From contig JBLIRH010000002.1 of the NCBI GenBank assembly GCA_049472215.1, positions 23,815 through 87,814 of the forward strand: a stretch of DNA of 64,000 bases, given 5' to 3'. Made by a program: the position numbers and the translations under genes. Positions 44,848 through 53,011 of the stretch are shown one piece after another; position 1 is the first letter of the stretch, and each line of letters opens with the position of its first letter. This DNA comes from Thermoplasmatota archaeon. GTDB taxonomy: Archaea; Thermoplasmatota; Penumbrarchaeia; Penumbrarchaeales; Penumbrarchaeaceae. Under the pieces are notes generated by a model. The model searched no databases and was not told the origin of the DNA. It worked only from the letters and a program-made list of their open reading frames with translations.

Positions 44848-45957
44848 TTAGCATATCCTTGGGACCGGATCCCCGTAGGGCGGGTCCATGATCCGCTTTC
44901 CGCCTACGACCGTCTGAAGGATCACGTTCTTCCCCTCGGGCCCCACGATCCCGATCACTGCGGCATCCTTACCCGCCTCCGTCCTTCTTATCGCTTTGAG
45001 GACCTCATCCTCGCTTCCCGGAGCAACGGCGAGGATGACCTTGCCCTCGTTCCCTATCTCGAAGGGATCGAACCCGAGCATGTCGCAGGCACTCGAGACA
45101 GCTTCCTTTACGGGGATATCGGATTCCCTGACCAGGATAGAGCACCCGCTCTTGGAGCACCATTCGTTCAATCCGTTGGCCAGCCCGCCCCTTGTCAGGT
45201 CCTTGGCGGCAATAACGCCTCCTACGTCCAAGGCGGCCTCGATCACTTCCCCCATCGGAGCGAGGTCGGAGACCAGGTCGGTTTCGAAACCGTAGCCCTC
45301 CCTGAACGAGAGCAGGGATATTCCATGGTCCCCCACGGACCCGGAAAGAATGATGATGTCCCCTTCCCGGACCGCATCGTCCCTCAGCCATCGGGAAACA
45401 GGTGATCTGGCCCCCCGCTTCGATCTAAGCTCTGATGCTCGTTCGAAGTTCCGTTGCAGAGCCGGATGCATCTCTCCGATACCGGCAGTGGTTATGACCA
45501 TCCCCTTCACCCCTCCCTTCTCCACGACCTTCGTGTCCCCCGTTACCACGGTTACATGGGCCCTTTCAGAAGCAATTCCGATCGACCCCGAGATCCTGCG
45601 GAGGAGTTCTTTATCGGTCCCTTCCTCGATCACCATCGATAGTGCGAGGGCTTTAGGCCTTGCCCCGACGACCCAGAGGTCATTCACAGTTCCAAAGACC
45701 GAGAGGGACCCAATATCCCCCCCGGGGAATTCGAGAGGCCATACGGTATGACCGTCGATGGTAAAGGCGACATTATCAATGACGGCGGAATCGTCCAGGA
45801 GTTCCGGCGGGACCCCTTCCCGGTCTTCGCCTCCCGATGACCTTCTAACGAAGGGGATCACGAGCTCCTTCAGCATCCTCTGCATCAGCTCGCCTCCTGC
45901 GCCCTCGCCGATCTTGACCTTCCTGTCACCGTTCATAAGTGGCCCCAAAAAGCTCAT
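44848..45957 (-). CDS. hypE: [NiFe]-hydrogenase maturation protein HypE (carbamoyl dehydratase)
   Basis: It has an AIR-synthase-like fold and the diagnostic C-terminus ...PPYGDPVPRIC. The N-terminal IGEGAGGELMQRML resembles the E. coli HGSGGQAMQQLI. The start is ATG 45957 or 45936. The ORF-track GTG at 45996 lies inside the upstream gene. Confidence 0.85.
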   Translation of the reverse strand: MSFLGPLMNGDRKVKIGEGAGGELMQRMLKELVIPFVRRSSGGEDREGVPPELLDDSAVIDNVAFTIDGHTVWPLEFPGGDIGSLSVFGTVNDLWVVGARPKALALSMVIEEGTDKELLRRISGSIGIASERAHVTVVTGDTKVVEKGGVKGMVITTAGIGEMHPALQRNFERASELRSKRGARSPVSRWLRDDAVREGDIIILSGSVGDHGISLLSFREGYGFETDLVSDLAPMGEVIEAALDVGGVIAAKDLTRGGLANGLNEWCSKSGCSILVRESDIPVKEAVSSACDMLGFDPFEIGNEGKVILAVAPGSEDEVLKAIRRTEAGKDAAVIGIVGPEGKNVILQTVVGGKRIMDPPYGDPVPRIC

Positions 45958-45967
45958 GTGGAACTGA

Positions 45968-48900
45968 CTAATCACCTTTGCGGTCCCTTCTGACACGGAA
46001 CGTGAAGAAGAGGTAGCCGCCGAGGCCGATCAGCGCTATCGCCGATACTATTGAGATAACTATTATCATCATGCGCTCACCGGAGGAGCGTCCACCATTG
46101 GAAACGATCCTGAACATATCCGAGATGTTCATCGTTCCACCATAGGTCCCGTTGAGGGTCTGGGCCTCTATCTCCAGAGCGATCAGGAGCTCTTCATCGA
46201 GTTTGAGACCTTCGGGCAGCTCTATCGTGATCCGTCCGTTCGACCTTGGTCCGATCATTATGTTCCTCTCTCCGGGAAGGGACATCGTCCCGACCTCGCC
46301 TGTGATCGTGAAACGAAGGATCAGGGGACTGTCGTTCTCGAGGGTTATCTCAAGATACGGTATCTCGGTGTCTATATTTCTTTCAGGTTCGGAGAAGACC
46401 GCCCTCCATGGCATATCGCCCCAGCCCCAGAGGGAGACAATAACATAGATCGTATCGAAGACAACATTACCTGCCCGGTCCTCAACTTTCAGGTCGATCC
46501 TGTGCTCCCCGGGGCTCAGGTCCCTTACCGTTCTCATTATCGACTGGGTGCTGATATGGATCACACCATCCTTGTCCGATGTCCATGTGACGTTCAATAT
46601 GTCGCCGTTTGGCATGTCAGGATCATACCCGGATGCCTCGAAGACGATCAGTGATCCCGGAAGAAGAACGCTTCCGTTCACCGGCTGAACGATGGAAACG
46701 TCTCGGGGAGGGTCTTCGACGGGCTCGACGATCACTCCGATAAGGTAGAATGCTTTCTCTTCGCCGTCCGATACGGAGATCTGAACATATCCTTCCCCCG
46801 CCTGGTCCTCCTCCGGCACTATCCAGAGGAGCCCGTCAGCGATCGTAGCCTTGAAGGGGAAGTATTCGGTGATGGCGAACATGAGCTCGTCCCCGTCTGG
46901 GTCCTCGAAATCATTCAAAAGGTCGCTGTACAAGGGACCTTCGTCCTCCACCATGTAAAGCACAAGTTCGCTGCCCCCGAAGATCGGCCTTTGATTGTTG
47001 TGGGCGGTGGTTCCGAAGATTATCCCGGACAGTTCGGACACGGGGCCGTCATCATCGACCGAGGCCATGACATATTCGTAGGTCGTGTTATCCGAAAGGC
47101 CCATGTCCTCATAGAACGGGACCGATCTGGAGAGCCTTGTTATCTCCTTGAAATCCTCATCCCCGGGATCCCTCCGATAGATGATATATCCCCAGATATC
47201 CTGGGTGAGAGGGGGGTCCCATTCGATGACAAGCGTGTTATTGCCGCGGGCCCTTGCCTCGATGTTCCTCGGGGGGCCGGGGGGTATGATGTCCACTGGG
47301 ATTCCCTTTATGATATCCGTACTATCCGAGGTCGATCCGGCATGATCAATGGAGACCATCCGGAACGAATACTCCTCACCGTTCTGGAGGCCCCTCACGA
47401 TGATGGCGTTGTCAGGATAGTAGACGATTATCGGATTGAATTCAGTCTGTCCCTTTTTCACGTAGATCAAGGCCCGGTACAGGTCCTCCCCTACCCAATC
47501 CCATTCCAGGGAGATGGCCTTGCCCTCGGGGATCGGTTCCAGCCTGAAGTTCCCCGGGGGGAGGGGTTTCTGGTCCACGTCCACCTGTGTAGTATTGCTC
47601 CACCCCTTCGATCCTACATCATTGTATGCCCTGACCCTGAAATACTGCGTGGTGTTCTCGTTCCCGTACACAGGCAAGAATGCATCCCGGGTGGACCAGG
47701 AAACGAGCTTCGATGAGAAATCCTTCGAGTTCGAACGCTGTACGATATATCTAGATCCTTCATCCGTCCAGCTGAGGTCCACCCTGTCAGATCCCCTCTC
47801 GTAACTGGATCCCAATTTTGGTATGTCCGGCATATCCCAGTACCTGTCCATCATGAGGGGGTAGGGATCACGTGCAAGAAAGGGGATGTCGGTATCTCCG
47901 ATGCCGTCACCCGGCTTTCGACCGTTGGAGCCGTCATCTTCTCCGGTGTATGAATCGTAATAATTGCCCTCGAGGGAAGTGGAGTTGTACCAGGTGGAGA
48001 GGGGGGGGCCGGTTGCCACCTTCTCGTTGTCGATGAAGGAGTTGTAGAATATCCGGGAATCCTCGCCCTCGTCGATCGCCTCCTTGTTACCTATGAACCT
48101 GCTGCGGGTGATGATGGAGTTGAACGGGTCTTCAAGTCCCTTGTCGCAATCGATGAACTCGGAATCCCTGACGACGCCGTTCGAGAGGTCCTTCACCGTC
48201 ACCATGTTCCTGAATGTGCTTCCGTGGATGGTCGATGTACTGGTGGAGGAAAGCTCAATTCGCCCCCCCTCTACCTGCGTATCTATCAAAGATAGATTCT
48301 GTGAAGATACCAATTGAATTGAATTATTGATGAGCCTGGAATCAATTAAAGTGACCTTGTCGATCCTGACATCCAATCCCACGGTACAATTCGATACGGA
48401 AAAGCTCTTGTAGACATTCCTGCCCAGCAGTATCGCACCCTTGCCGTAGTTGGATATCGAGACCCTGGTCATCGGCGTTGAGTAAAAGGGGATTATCGCG
48501 GTTCCCGTTCCGCTGCCCTTCATATCCAACCCATCTATCGCCGACCCCCATTCCATGTTCTTAATTGTGCAGTTCAACATTCGCACATCTTCGAATTCCA
48601 GCTTTCCCCATGTGAGATCGAAACCTTGGATGTAGGAGCGGTTGATGGTAAGGGAGGATGGCACATTCCTTACACCCTGAAGAGCGATCGTTGACGAGGG
48701 GGCCCCAGACGGCAAGAACAATATGCGGGAGCTGTCATCGGGGGTGTCAGCATCGCCGTCGAGATCGGTCGCGTTGAGATACCCATAGTTCAGTATCCCG
48801 ACATCTTTCATCATAAGAGAGGAATTTATCAGGGAAATATGGCCGCCGTTCGTGATACCGATATTCTCAACGACCACCGTTGAGTTCTTGATCGTGAGGT

Positions 48901-49105
48901 GATCGATCACTCCGATACCCTGACCGCAAAGAACCGATAGGTTCTCCCAGGTGACCGGGCCGGTCGATGCATTCACCATGAAGGTTTCGTTGAACTCGAG
49001 ATCGTATCCCGACCATGTTCGTCCCTGTACCGAACCCGTTGGTTCTAACTGGGGGACCGAAACCAGCAGAATGAGGGATAACAGCACTATACGAACTCTT
49101 TCCAC
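45968..49105 (-). CDS. Giant cell-surface protein with a right-handed beta-helix, two FN3 domains, cadherin/Ig-like modules and a C-terminal TM anchor
   Basis: 1045 aa with a signal peptide (IVLLSLILLVSVPQLEP) and beta-helix repeats in the N-terminal half. FN3 units are PPGNFRLEPIPEGKAISLEWDW...YSFRMVSIDHAG and PPRNIEARARGNNTLVIEWDPP...YEYVMASVDDDG. The TM helix is MMIIVISIVSAIALIGLGGYLFF, followed by RVRRDRKGD. Confidence 0.7.
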   Translation of the reverse strand: MERVRIVLLSLILLVSVPQLEPTGSVQGRTWSGYDLEFNETFMVNASTGPVTWENLSVLCGQGIGVIDHLTIKNSTVVVENIGITNGGHISLINSSLMMKDVGILNYGYLNATDLDGDADTPDDSSRILFLPSGAPSSTIALQGVRNVPSSLTINRSYIQGFDLTWGKLEFEDVRMLNCTIKNMEWGSAIDGLDMKGSGTGTAIIPFYSTPMTRVSISNYGKGAILLGRNVYKSFSVSNCTVGLDVRIDKVTLIDSRLINNSIQLVSSQNLSLIDTQVEGGRIELSSTSTSTIHGSTFRNMVTVKDLSNGVVRDSEFIDCDKGLEDPFNSIITRSRFIGNKEAIDEGEDSRIFYNSFIDNEKVATGPPLSTWYNSTSLEGNYYDSYTGEDDGSNGRKPGDGIGDTDIPFLARDPYPLMMDRYWDMPDIPKLGSSYERGSDRVDLSWTDEGSRYIVQRSNSKDFSSKLVSWSTRDAFLPVYGNENTTQYFRVRAYNDVGSKGWSNTTQVDVDQKPLPPGNFRLEPIPEGKAISLEWDWVGEDLYRALIYVKKGQTEFNPIIVYYPDNAIIVRGLQNGEEYSFRMVSIDHAGSTSDSTDIIKGIPVDIIPPGPPRNIEARARGNNTLVIEWDPPLTQDIWGYIIYRRDPGDEDFKEITRLSRSVPFYEDMGLSDNTTYEYVMASVDDDGPVSELSGIIFGTTAHNNQRPIFGGSELVLYMVEDEGPLYSDLLNDFEDPDGDELMFAITEYFPFKATIADGLLWIVPEEDQAGEGYVQISVSDGEEKAFYLIGVIVEPVEDPPRDVSIVQPVNGSVLLPGSLIVFEASGYDPDMPNGDILNVTWTSDKDGVIHISTQSIMRTVRDLSPGEHRIDLKVEDRAGNVVFDTIYVIVSLWGWGDMPWRAVFSEPERNIDTEIPYLEITLENDSPLILRFTITGEVGTMSLPGERNIMIGPRSNGRITIELPEGLKLDEELLIALEIEAQTLNGTYGGTMNISDMFRIVSNGGRSSGERMMIIVISIVSAIALIGLGGYLFFTFRVRRDRKGD

Positions 49106-49147
49106 GGTGAATGGACCTATTTATCCCGATTTATTATTTGTGGTAGG

Positions 49148-49495
49148 TCATCTCGTCAGGGGCCCAGTGAGCGACCTTCCCAGGTCGGTGATGGAGTATA
49201 TGATGTTCTTGCCATTCCTCTCCCCCGAGATCACTCCCGCCTTTTCGAGCTTCTTCAGGTGGAACGAAAGAAGGTTCGGTGCCATTCCGGTGAGTTCCGA
49301 AAGCTCCGATGGGGTAAGGGGAGAGAAATTGAGGTAGTAGAGGACCTCTATCCTGTTGCTGGAGGACAGGACGGAGTACATCTTTCCCAGCCTCTTCAGG
49401 ACCTGTGTGCCGGGTCTCAGCTTCTTCAGACCTTCAAGCCCCCCTAACTCCTCGAGGTCTGGGTCAAAGCCCTCGGGGGGTCCTTCGTCTCCCAT
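49148..49495 (-). CDS. ArsR-family winged-helix transcriptional regulator
   Basis: RIEVLYYLNFSPLTPSELSELTGMAPNLLSFHLKKLEKAGVISGERNGKNIIYSIT is the ArsR/SmtB HTH pattern. Confidence 0.75.
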   Translation of the reverse strand: MGDEGPPEGFDPDLEELGGLEGLKKLRPGTQVLKRLGKMYSVLSSSNRIEVLYYLNFSPLTPSELSELTGMAPNLLSFHLKKLEKAGVISGERNGKNIIYSITDLGRSLTGPLTR

Positions 49496-49529
49496 GTTCC
49501 ATAATACCCGTTCTGTTTATTCAAAACTA

Positions 49530-50993
49530 TCATGGACCGGGAGTGGGTTTTCTACCCCTTCTTCCCGAGATCATAAGGACGGCGAAAAGTAAGACCATTA
49601 TTGTCCCGGCCGAACAACCAACGATCAGCCAGAAACCATTTCCGGGGCCTTCTTTCTTGTTCTGGTCAGGTTCGACCGGAACATCATCGTCGACAGCGTC
49701 CCCCTTATCGAATGCCACTGGGTATTCGTCCGTGGCATTCGCGATACCGTCGATGATATAGGGGTCGTCAACGATGCTGTCGTTGTCATGATCCGGGCCC
49801 CAGTGGTCGGACCAGAGGTTCCCTTCGGTCCCTTCGTACCAGCTGTTGGACTCCCCGTTGTCCATAGCCTGGAAACCCTTCGGGCCGTTATCGTAGAATC
49901 TATTTGCATAGACCATGTTATGCCTGGATGGAGGACCCCTCCCCAGCCATGTGTCGATGGTGACAGCATGCCACGTTCCGTTGGAGAAAACGTTATGATG
50001 GACCATCGCTCCATCGGTCGAATCGAGGTACACGGCGTTCTCGTTCCCTTCGAAGTCCGAACCGGTTATTGCGATGCCGCTGGAATCGCTCAGGAACACA
50101 CCATATGTGTTCTTGTAGAAATTGCATTTCGATATGATAGAATCTGATGCAGCGGAGAGCTGGATGCCGTTGGTGTTGTAACGGATCGAGGTCTCCTCGA
50201 TCGAGGAGTTGGCGATACTCATCATGAATATGCCGTTGTTGTTCGTATCTATGTAGGACCTCGCTATCCTTATCCCGCTGGAAACGATCGACCCGTTCGA
50301 GGTCTCAGAAATTATTCCGAAGCCGTAGTTCAAGGTTGTAGTAGTGTCTATTATTTCCACCTCGCTGGAATCGACCAGATGTATTCCGGCTGTGAGTCCC
50401 AATATGGCTGTGTTCGATTCTGCTATAACGCTGCTGATGGTCACGTTACGGGACATGTTCACCAATATCCCGTTCTCCACGTTGACCTTGCAGAGGACCC
50501 TTTCTATGGAAATGCTCCTGCCCTGGACATATACCCCATCGTAGGAGCCGAAGAAACCCGAATCACCGATCCAGATGCCTGAACAGTTTCGGACCTCGAC
50601 CCCCCTAGTGCAGTAATATGTCGCCACGTTCCTGACCCTGACATTGGTGGAGTTCTCGATAAGGATGCCCGGGTGCTTTGGGAGTTTCCCGTTCACGAAA
50701 AGGTTGTAATCCACCACCACGTGTCTTGTAGAGTTCCTGATGACCACCCCCGGGGAGGTCGTGGTATTGAACCAGAAACCGGAGATCAAGTACGGATCGT
50801 CCAAGGTTCCGTTGCCGGTCACTCCCTCAGGAAGCTCCCCTGTGAAATTTGAATCGTTGATATGGATAGGGCCGTGGAGCTTCAATAATGGACCCTCGTC
50901 ATCCTGTCCGGAAACGATGCCATGGAACGATAGGATGATAACCAATGAGAACAAGGCCAGCAGAGATCTAGAAAGTTTGCCCATTGATCGCAC
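49530..50993 (-). CDS. Surface-anchored right-handed beta-helix protein (NosD/PbH1-repeat type)
   Basis: 487 aa with a signal peptide (LLALFSLVIILSFHGIVSG). It has about 10 PbH1-like repeats (VRNVATYYCTRGVEV, ISKCNFYKNTYGVFL, ITGSDFEGNENAVYL, VHHNVFSNGTWHAVTI) and a TM helix (FWLIVGCSAGTIMVLLFAVLMI). Confidence 0.7.
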   Translation of the reverse strand: MRSMGKLSRSLLALFSLVIILSFHGIVSGQDDEGPLLKLHGPIHINDSNFTGELPEGVTGNGTLDDPYLISGFWFNTTTSPGVVIRNSTRHVVVDYNLFVNGKLPKHPGILIENSTNVRVRNVATYYCTRGVEVRNCSGIWIGDSGFFGSYDGVYVQGRSISIERVLCKVNVENGILVNMSRNVTISSVIAESNTAILGLTAGIHLVDSSEVEIIDTTTTLNYGFGIISETSNGSIVSSGIRIARSYIDTNNNGIFMMSIANSSIEETSIRYNTNGIQLSAASDSIISKCNFYKNTYGVFLSDSSGIAITGSDFEGNENAVYLDSTDGAMVHHNVFSNGTWHAVTIDTWLGRGPPSRHNMVYANRFYDNGPKGFQAMDNGESNSWYEGTEGNLWSDHWGPDHDNDSIVDDPYIIDGIANATDEYPVAFDKGDAVDDDVPVEPDQNKKEGPGNGFWLIVGCSAGTIMVLLFAVLMISGRRGRKPTPGP

Positions 50994-51112
50994 TTCCCGG
51001 TTCGGTCCGATCGACCACTCTCTTTGATGATATCCTTTTCGGTGGCGTCCTGAAACTCATCGGAAAAGAATATTTGGTATCTCCAATATCAGGGTGCAAA
51101 GGGAGTATTTCA

Positions 51113-51361
51113 ATGACCGAGAAGAAATCCTACAAGGTCTCAGGTGACGACCTGTTGAAGAAGATCGACGACATCATAAAGGAGGGGAACGCCCGAAGGA
51201 TCAGGATAATCCACGAAGGAAAACCGCTTGTGGATATTCCACTATCTGTCGGGATCGGTGTCGGTGCGATAACAGTGCTGACCGCTCCTGTACTGGCGGC
51301 GGTCGGGGCCATCGCTGCGCTGGTTGCCGAAGTGACCATAGAAGTGGAGAAAGTAGAGTAG
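51113..51361 (+). CDS. DUF4342-like small protein
   Basis: MTEKKSYKVSGDDLLKKIDDIIKEGNARRIRIIHEGKPLVDIPLSVGIGVGAITVLTAPVLAAVGAIAALVAEVTIEVEKVE matches the DUF4342 pattern. The ATG at 51113 is preceded by GGGAG. The ORF-track start at 50984 overlaps the upstream divergent gene. Confidence 0.5.
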   Translation: MTEKKSYKVSGDDLLKKIDDIIKEGNARRIRIIHEGKPLVDIPLSVGIGVGAITVLTAPVLAAVGAIAALVAEVTIEVEKVE

Positions 51362-51372
51362 AAATATACCTA

Positions 51373-52218
51373 TCAAACCTGGTCCATGCTTCTCAATGCA
51401 GTGTGGAGAAGGACGCTCATAGATGACTTCCAGGCTTTTTCAGCATGCCTTTCAATGGTAAGTTTCAGTGCGTCGCGGGAAACCTTGAAATCGATATCCT
51501 TGAACTTCACATCCATCAGGACCAGACCGATCGGCGGCAAAGGCTTCACCTTGCCTCTGAGCGTCTCCACGTCCCCTTCCCTCTCTTTCAGGAGGACCTC
51601 GAGATCGACATTTTCGAGATCGCCCTTGACGACGCTCAGAGCCGCTCCGACCATCCTCCTTATCTGGTTCCATAAGAACCTGGAGCCCACCACATCCACG
51701 ATGACAAGCTCCCCCCTTCCGGACAGGTCGAAGGCCCTGGCGCTTTCGACGACGGTCACAGGGTTCTTCTCCTCCTCCAGTTTGCATAGGTACGAGAAAT
51801 CGTGCTCCCCCTCGAACAGGGAGAGGACCCTGTTGAATTCCTCCATATCCTCCACTTGAACGGTTCCAGGTGGCAGATGGTAGCGGTACCATCTCGATGA
51901 CGCCCATCTGATGTTCTGCTCCGGTCTGGGAGCCCCCCATCCCCAGCACCAGATATCGGTCAGATTGGCGTTCAGGGCCCTTAGCAGTTCATCGGGGTCC
52001 ATTCCGGTTTCCAGGGAGAATACGTTTCCAAGGGCTGATACACCGGCATCGGTCCTCGAAGAGAACCTGATCGGCCATTCCGACCATTCGATGTCCGGAC
52101 ACACCTTCCTAAGAGCGATTGCAATGCTCCCCTCGACCGAGAGCGGATCGTCGTCCCCCTGCCGCTGGGAGCCGTGGAAGGATGACCCGTCATAGGCAAC
52201 CTTTACCGCCAGATGCAT
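51373..52218 (-). CDS. truA: tRNA pseudouridine38-40 synthase TruA
   Basis: MHLAVKVAYDGSSFHGSQRQ is the TruA N-terminus and SSRTDAGVSALGNVFSL contains the catalytic Asp. Trimmed from 52308 to the in-frame ATG at 52218. Confidence 0.85.
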   Translation of the reverse strand: MHLAVKVAYDGSSFHGSQRQGDDDPLSVEGSIAIALRKVCPDIEWSEWPIRFSSRTDAGVSALGNVFSLETGMDPDELLRALNANLTDIWCWGWGAPRPEQNIRWASSRWYRYHLPPGTVQVEDMEEFNRVLSLFEGEHDFSYLCKLEEEKNPVTVVESARAFDLSGRGELVIVDVVGSRFLWNQIRRMVGAALSVVKGDLENVDLEVLLKEREGDVETLRGKVKPLPPIGLVLMDVKFKDIDFKVSRDALKLTIERHAEKAWKSSMSVLLHTALRSMDQV

Positions 52219-52270
52219 GCTCCCGTATCCCACCGGAAACAAATATAGCTTTACACTGTATCGCAGGGGC

Positions 52271-53011
52271 GTGAAAGATAACAGGGGGGGGGAACGACCC
52301 GAGTTCATCCCTGTGCTGGTCGCTCCTCTCTATCAGGGCAACATCGGCTCCGTTGCCAGGTTGTGCAGGAACTTCGGAATGAAGGAGATGGCCATGGTAG
52401 ATCCCCCTGAGATAGGCGACGAGGCAATTGCCTATTCCATGCACGGCAAGGATATTCTCCTATCGCATCGGACCTTCGCCTCCCTGGAAGAAGCTTCCGA
52501 TGAGTTCGATCATTTGGTGGGGACCTCCGGCATCTCGGATTCGGGAGAGAAATGCTATCAAAGGAACCCCCTCACACTTGAGGAACTGGTCAGATGGACC
52601 GGGTCTGTCCGCGGCAGGATCGGGATCGTTTTCGGGAGGGAGGACAAGGGCCTTGTGAAGGAAGAGCTCGAGCTCTGCGATATCCTCGTTACGATCCCGG
52701 CTTCCCCGGATTATCCCATATTGAACCTCTCTCATGCGGCAGCCGTGGTCTTCTACGAGCTTTGGAAAGGCCTGAACCGTACAAATTGGAGGAACTCCCC
52801 CACCATCACGCGCCTTGAGAAGAACGTGCTCCTGGAGCATTACGAGAGGCTCATGGAGGTTTCAAAGGTTCCTGAGCATAAAAGGCCCATCGCTCGAACC
52901 AATTTTCGAAGGATGATCGCAAGAGCGGCCCCCAGCCAGAGGGAGTTCAACTCCCTGATGGGAACGTTCTCAAGGGCCATGGATTACAAAAGGAAGAAGA
53001 AGGTTGAATGA
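52271..53011 (+). CDS. trmJ: SpoU/TrmH-family RNA 2'-O-methyltransferase (TrmJ-like)
   Basis: IPVLVAPLYQGNIGSVARLCRNFGMKEMAMVDP and IGIVFGREDKGL...ILNLSHAAAVVFYEL are the SPOUT motifs. The GTG at 52271 is proposed because the ORF-track ATG at 52217 would overlap the truA start codon. Confidence 0.7.
   Translation: MKDNRGGERPEFIPVLVAPLYQGNIGSVARLCRNFGMKEMAMVDPPEIGDEAIAYSMHGKDILLSHRTFASLEEASDEFDHLVGTSGISDSGEKCYQRNPLTLEELVRWTGSVRGRIGIVFGREDKGLVKEELELCDILVTIPASPDYPILNLSHAAAVVFYELWKGLNRTNWRNSPTITRLEKNVLLEHYERLMEVSKVPEHKRPIARTNFRRMIARAAPSQREFNSLMGTFSRAMDYKRKKKVE

Noticed and set aside
44536-45405. 289-aa ORF on the + strand
   Set aside because: It is antisense across hypE and the NuoE-like gene, both of which are well supported.
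24650-50993. PGF-CTERM/archaeosortase sorting signals on the surface proteins (e.g. GSGPGVFVLIV, GPGNGFWLIV)
   Set aside because: The TM helices are followed by long charged or P/Q-rich tails of 15 to 100 aa, rather than the few basic residues of PGF-CTERM. No archaeosortase gene is in the window.
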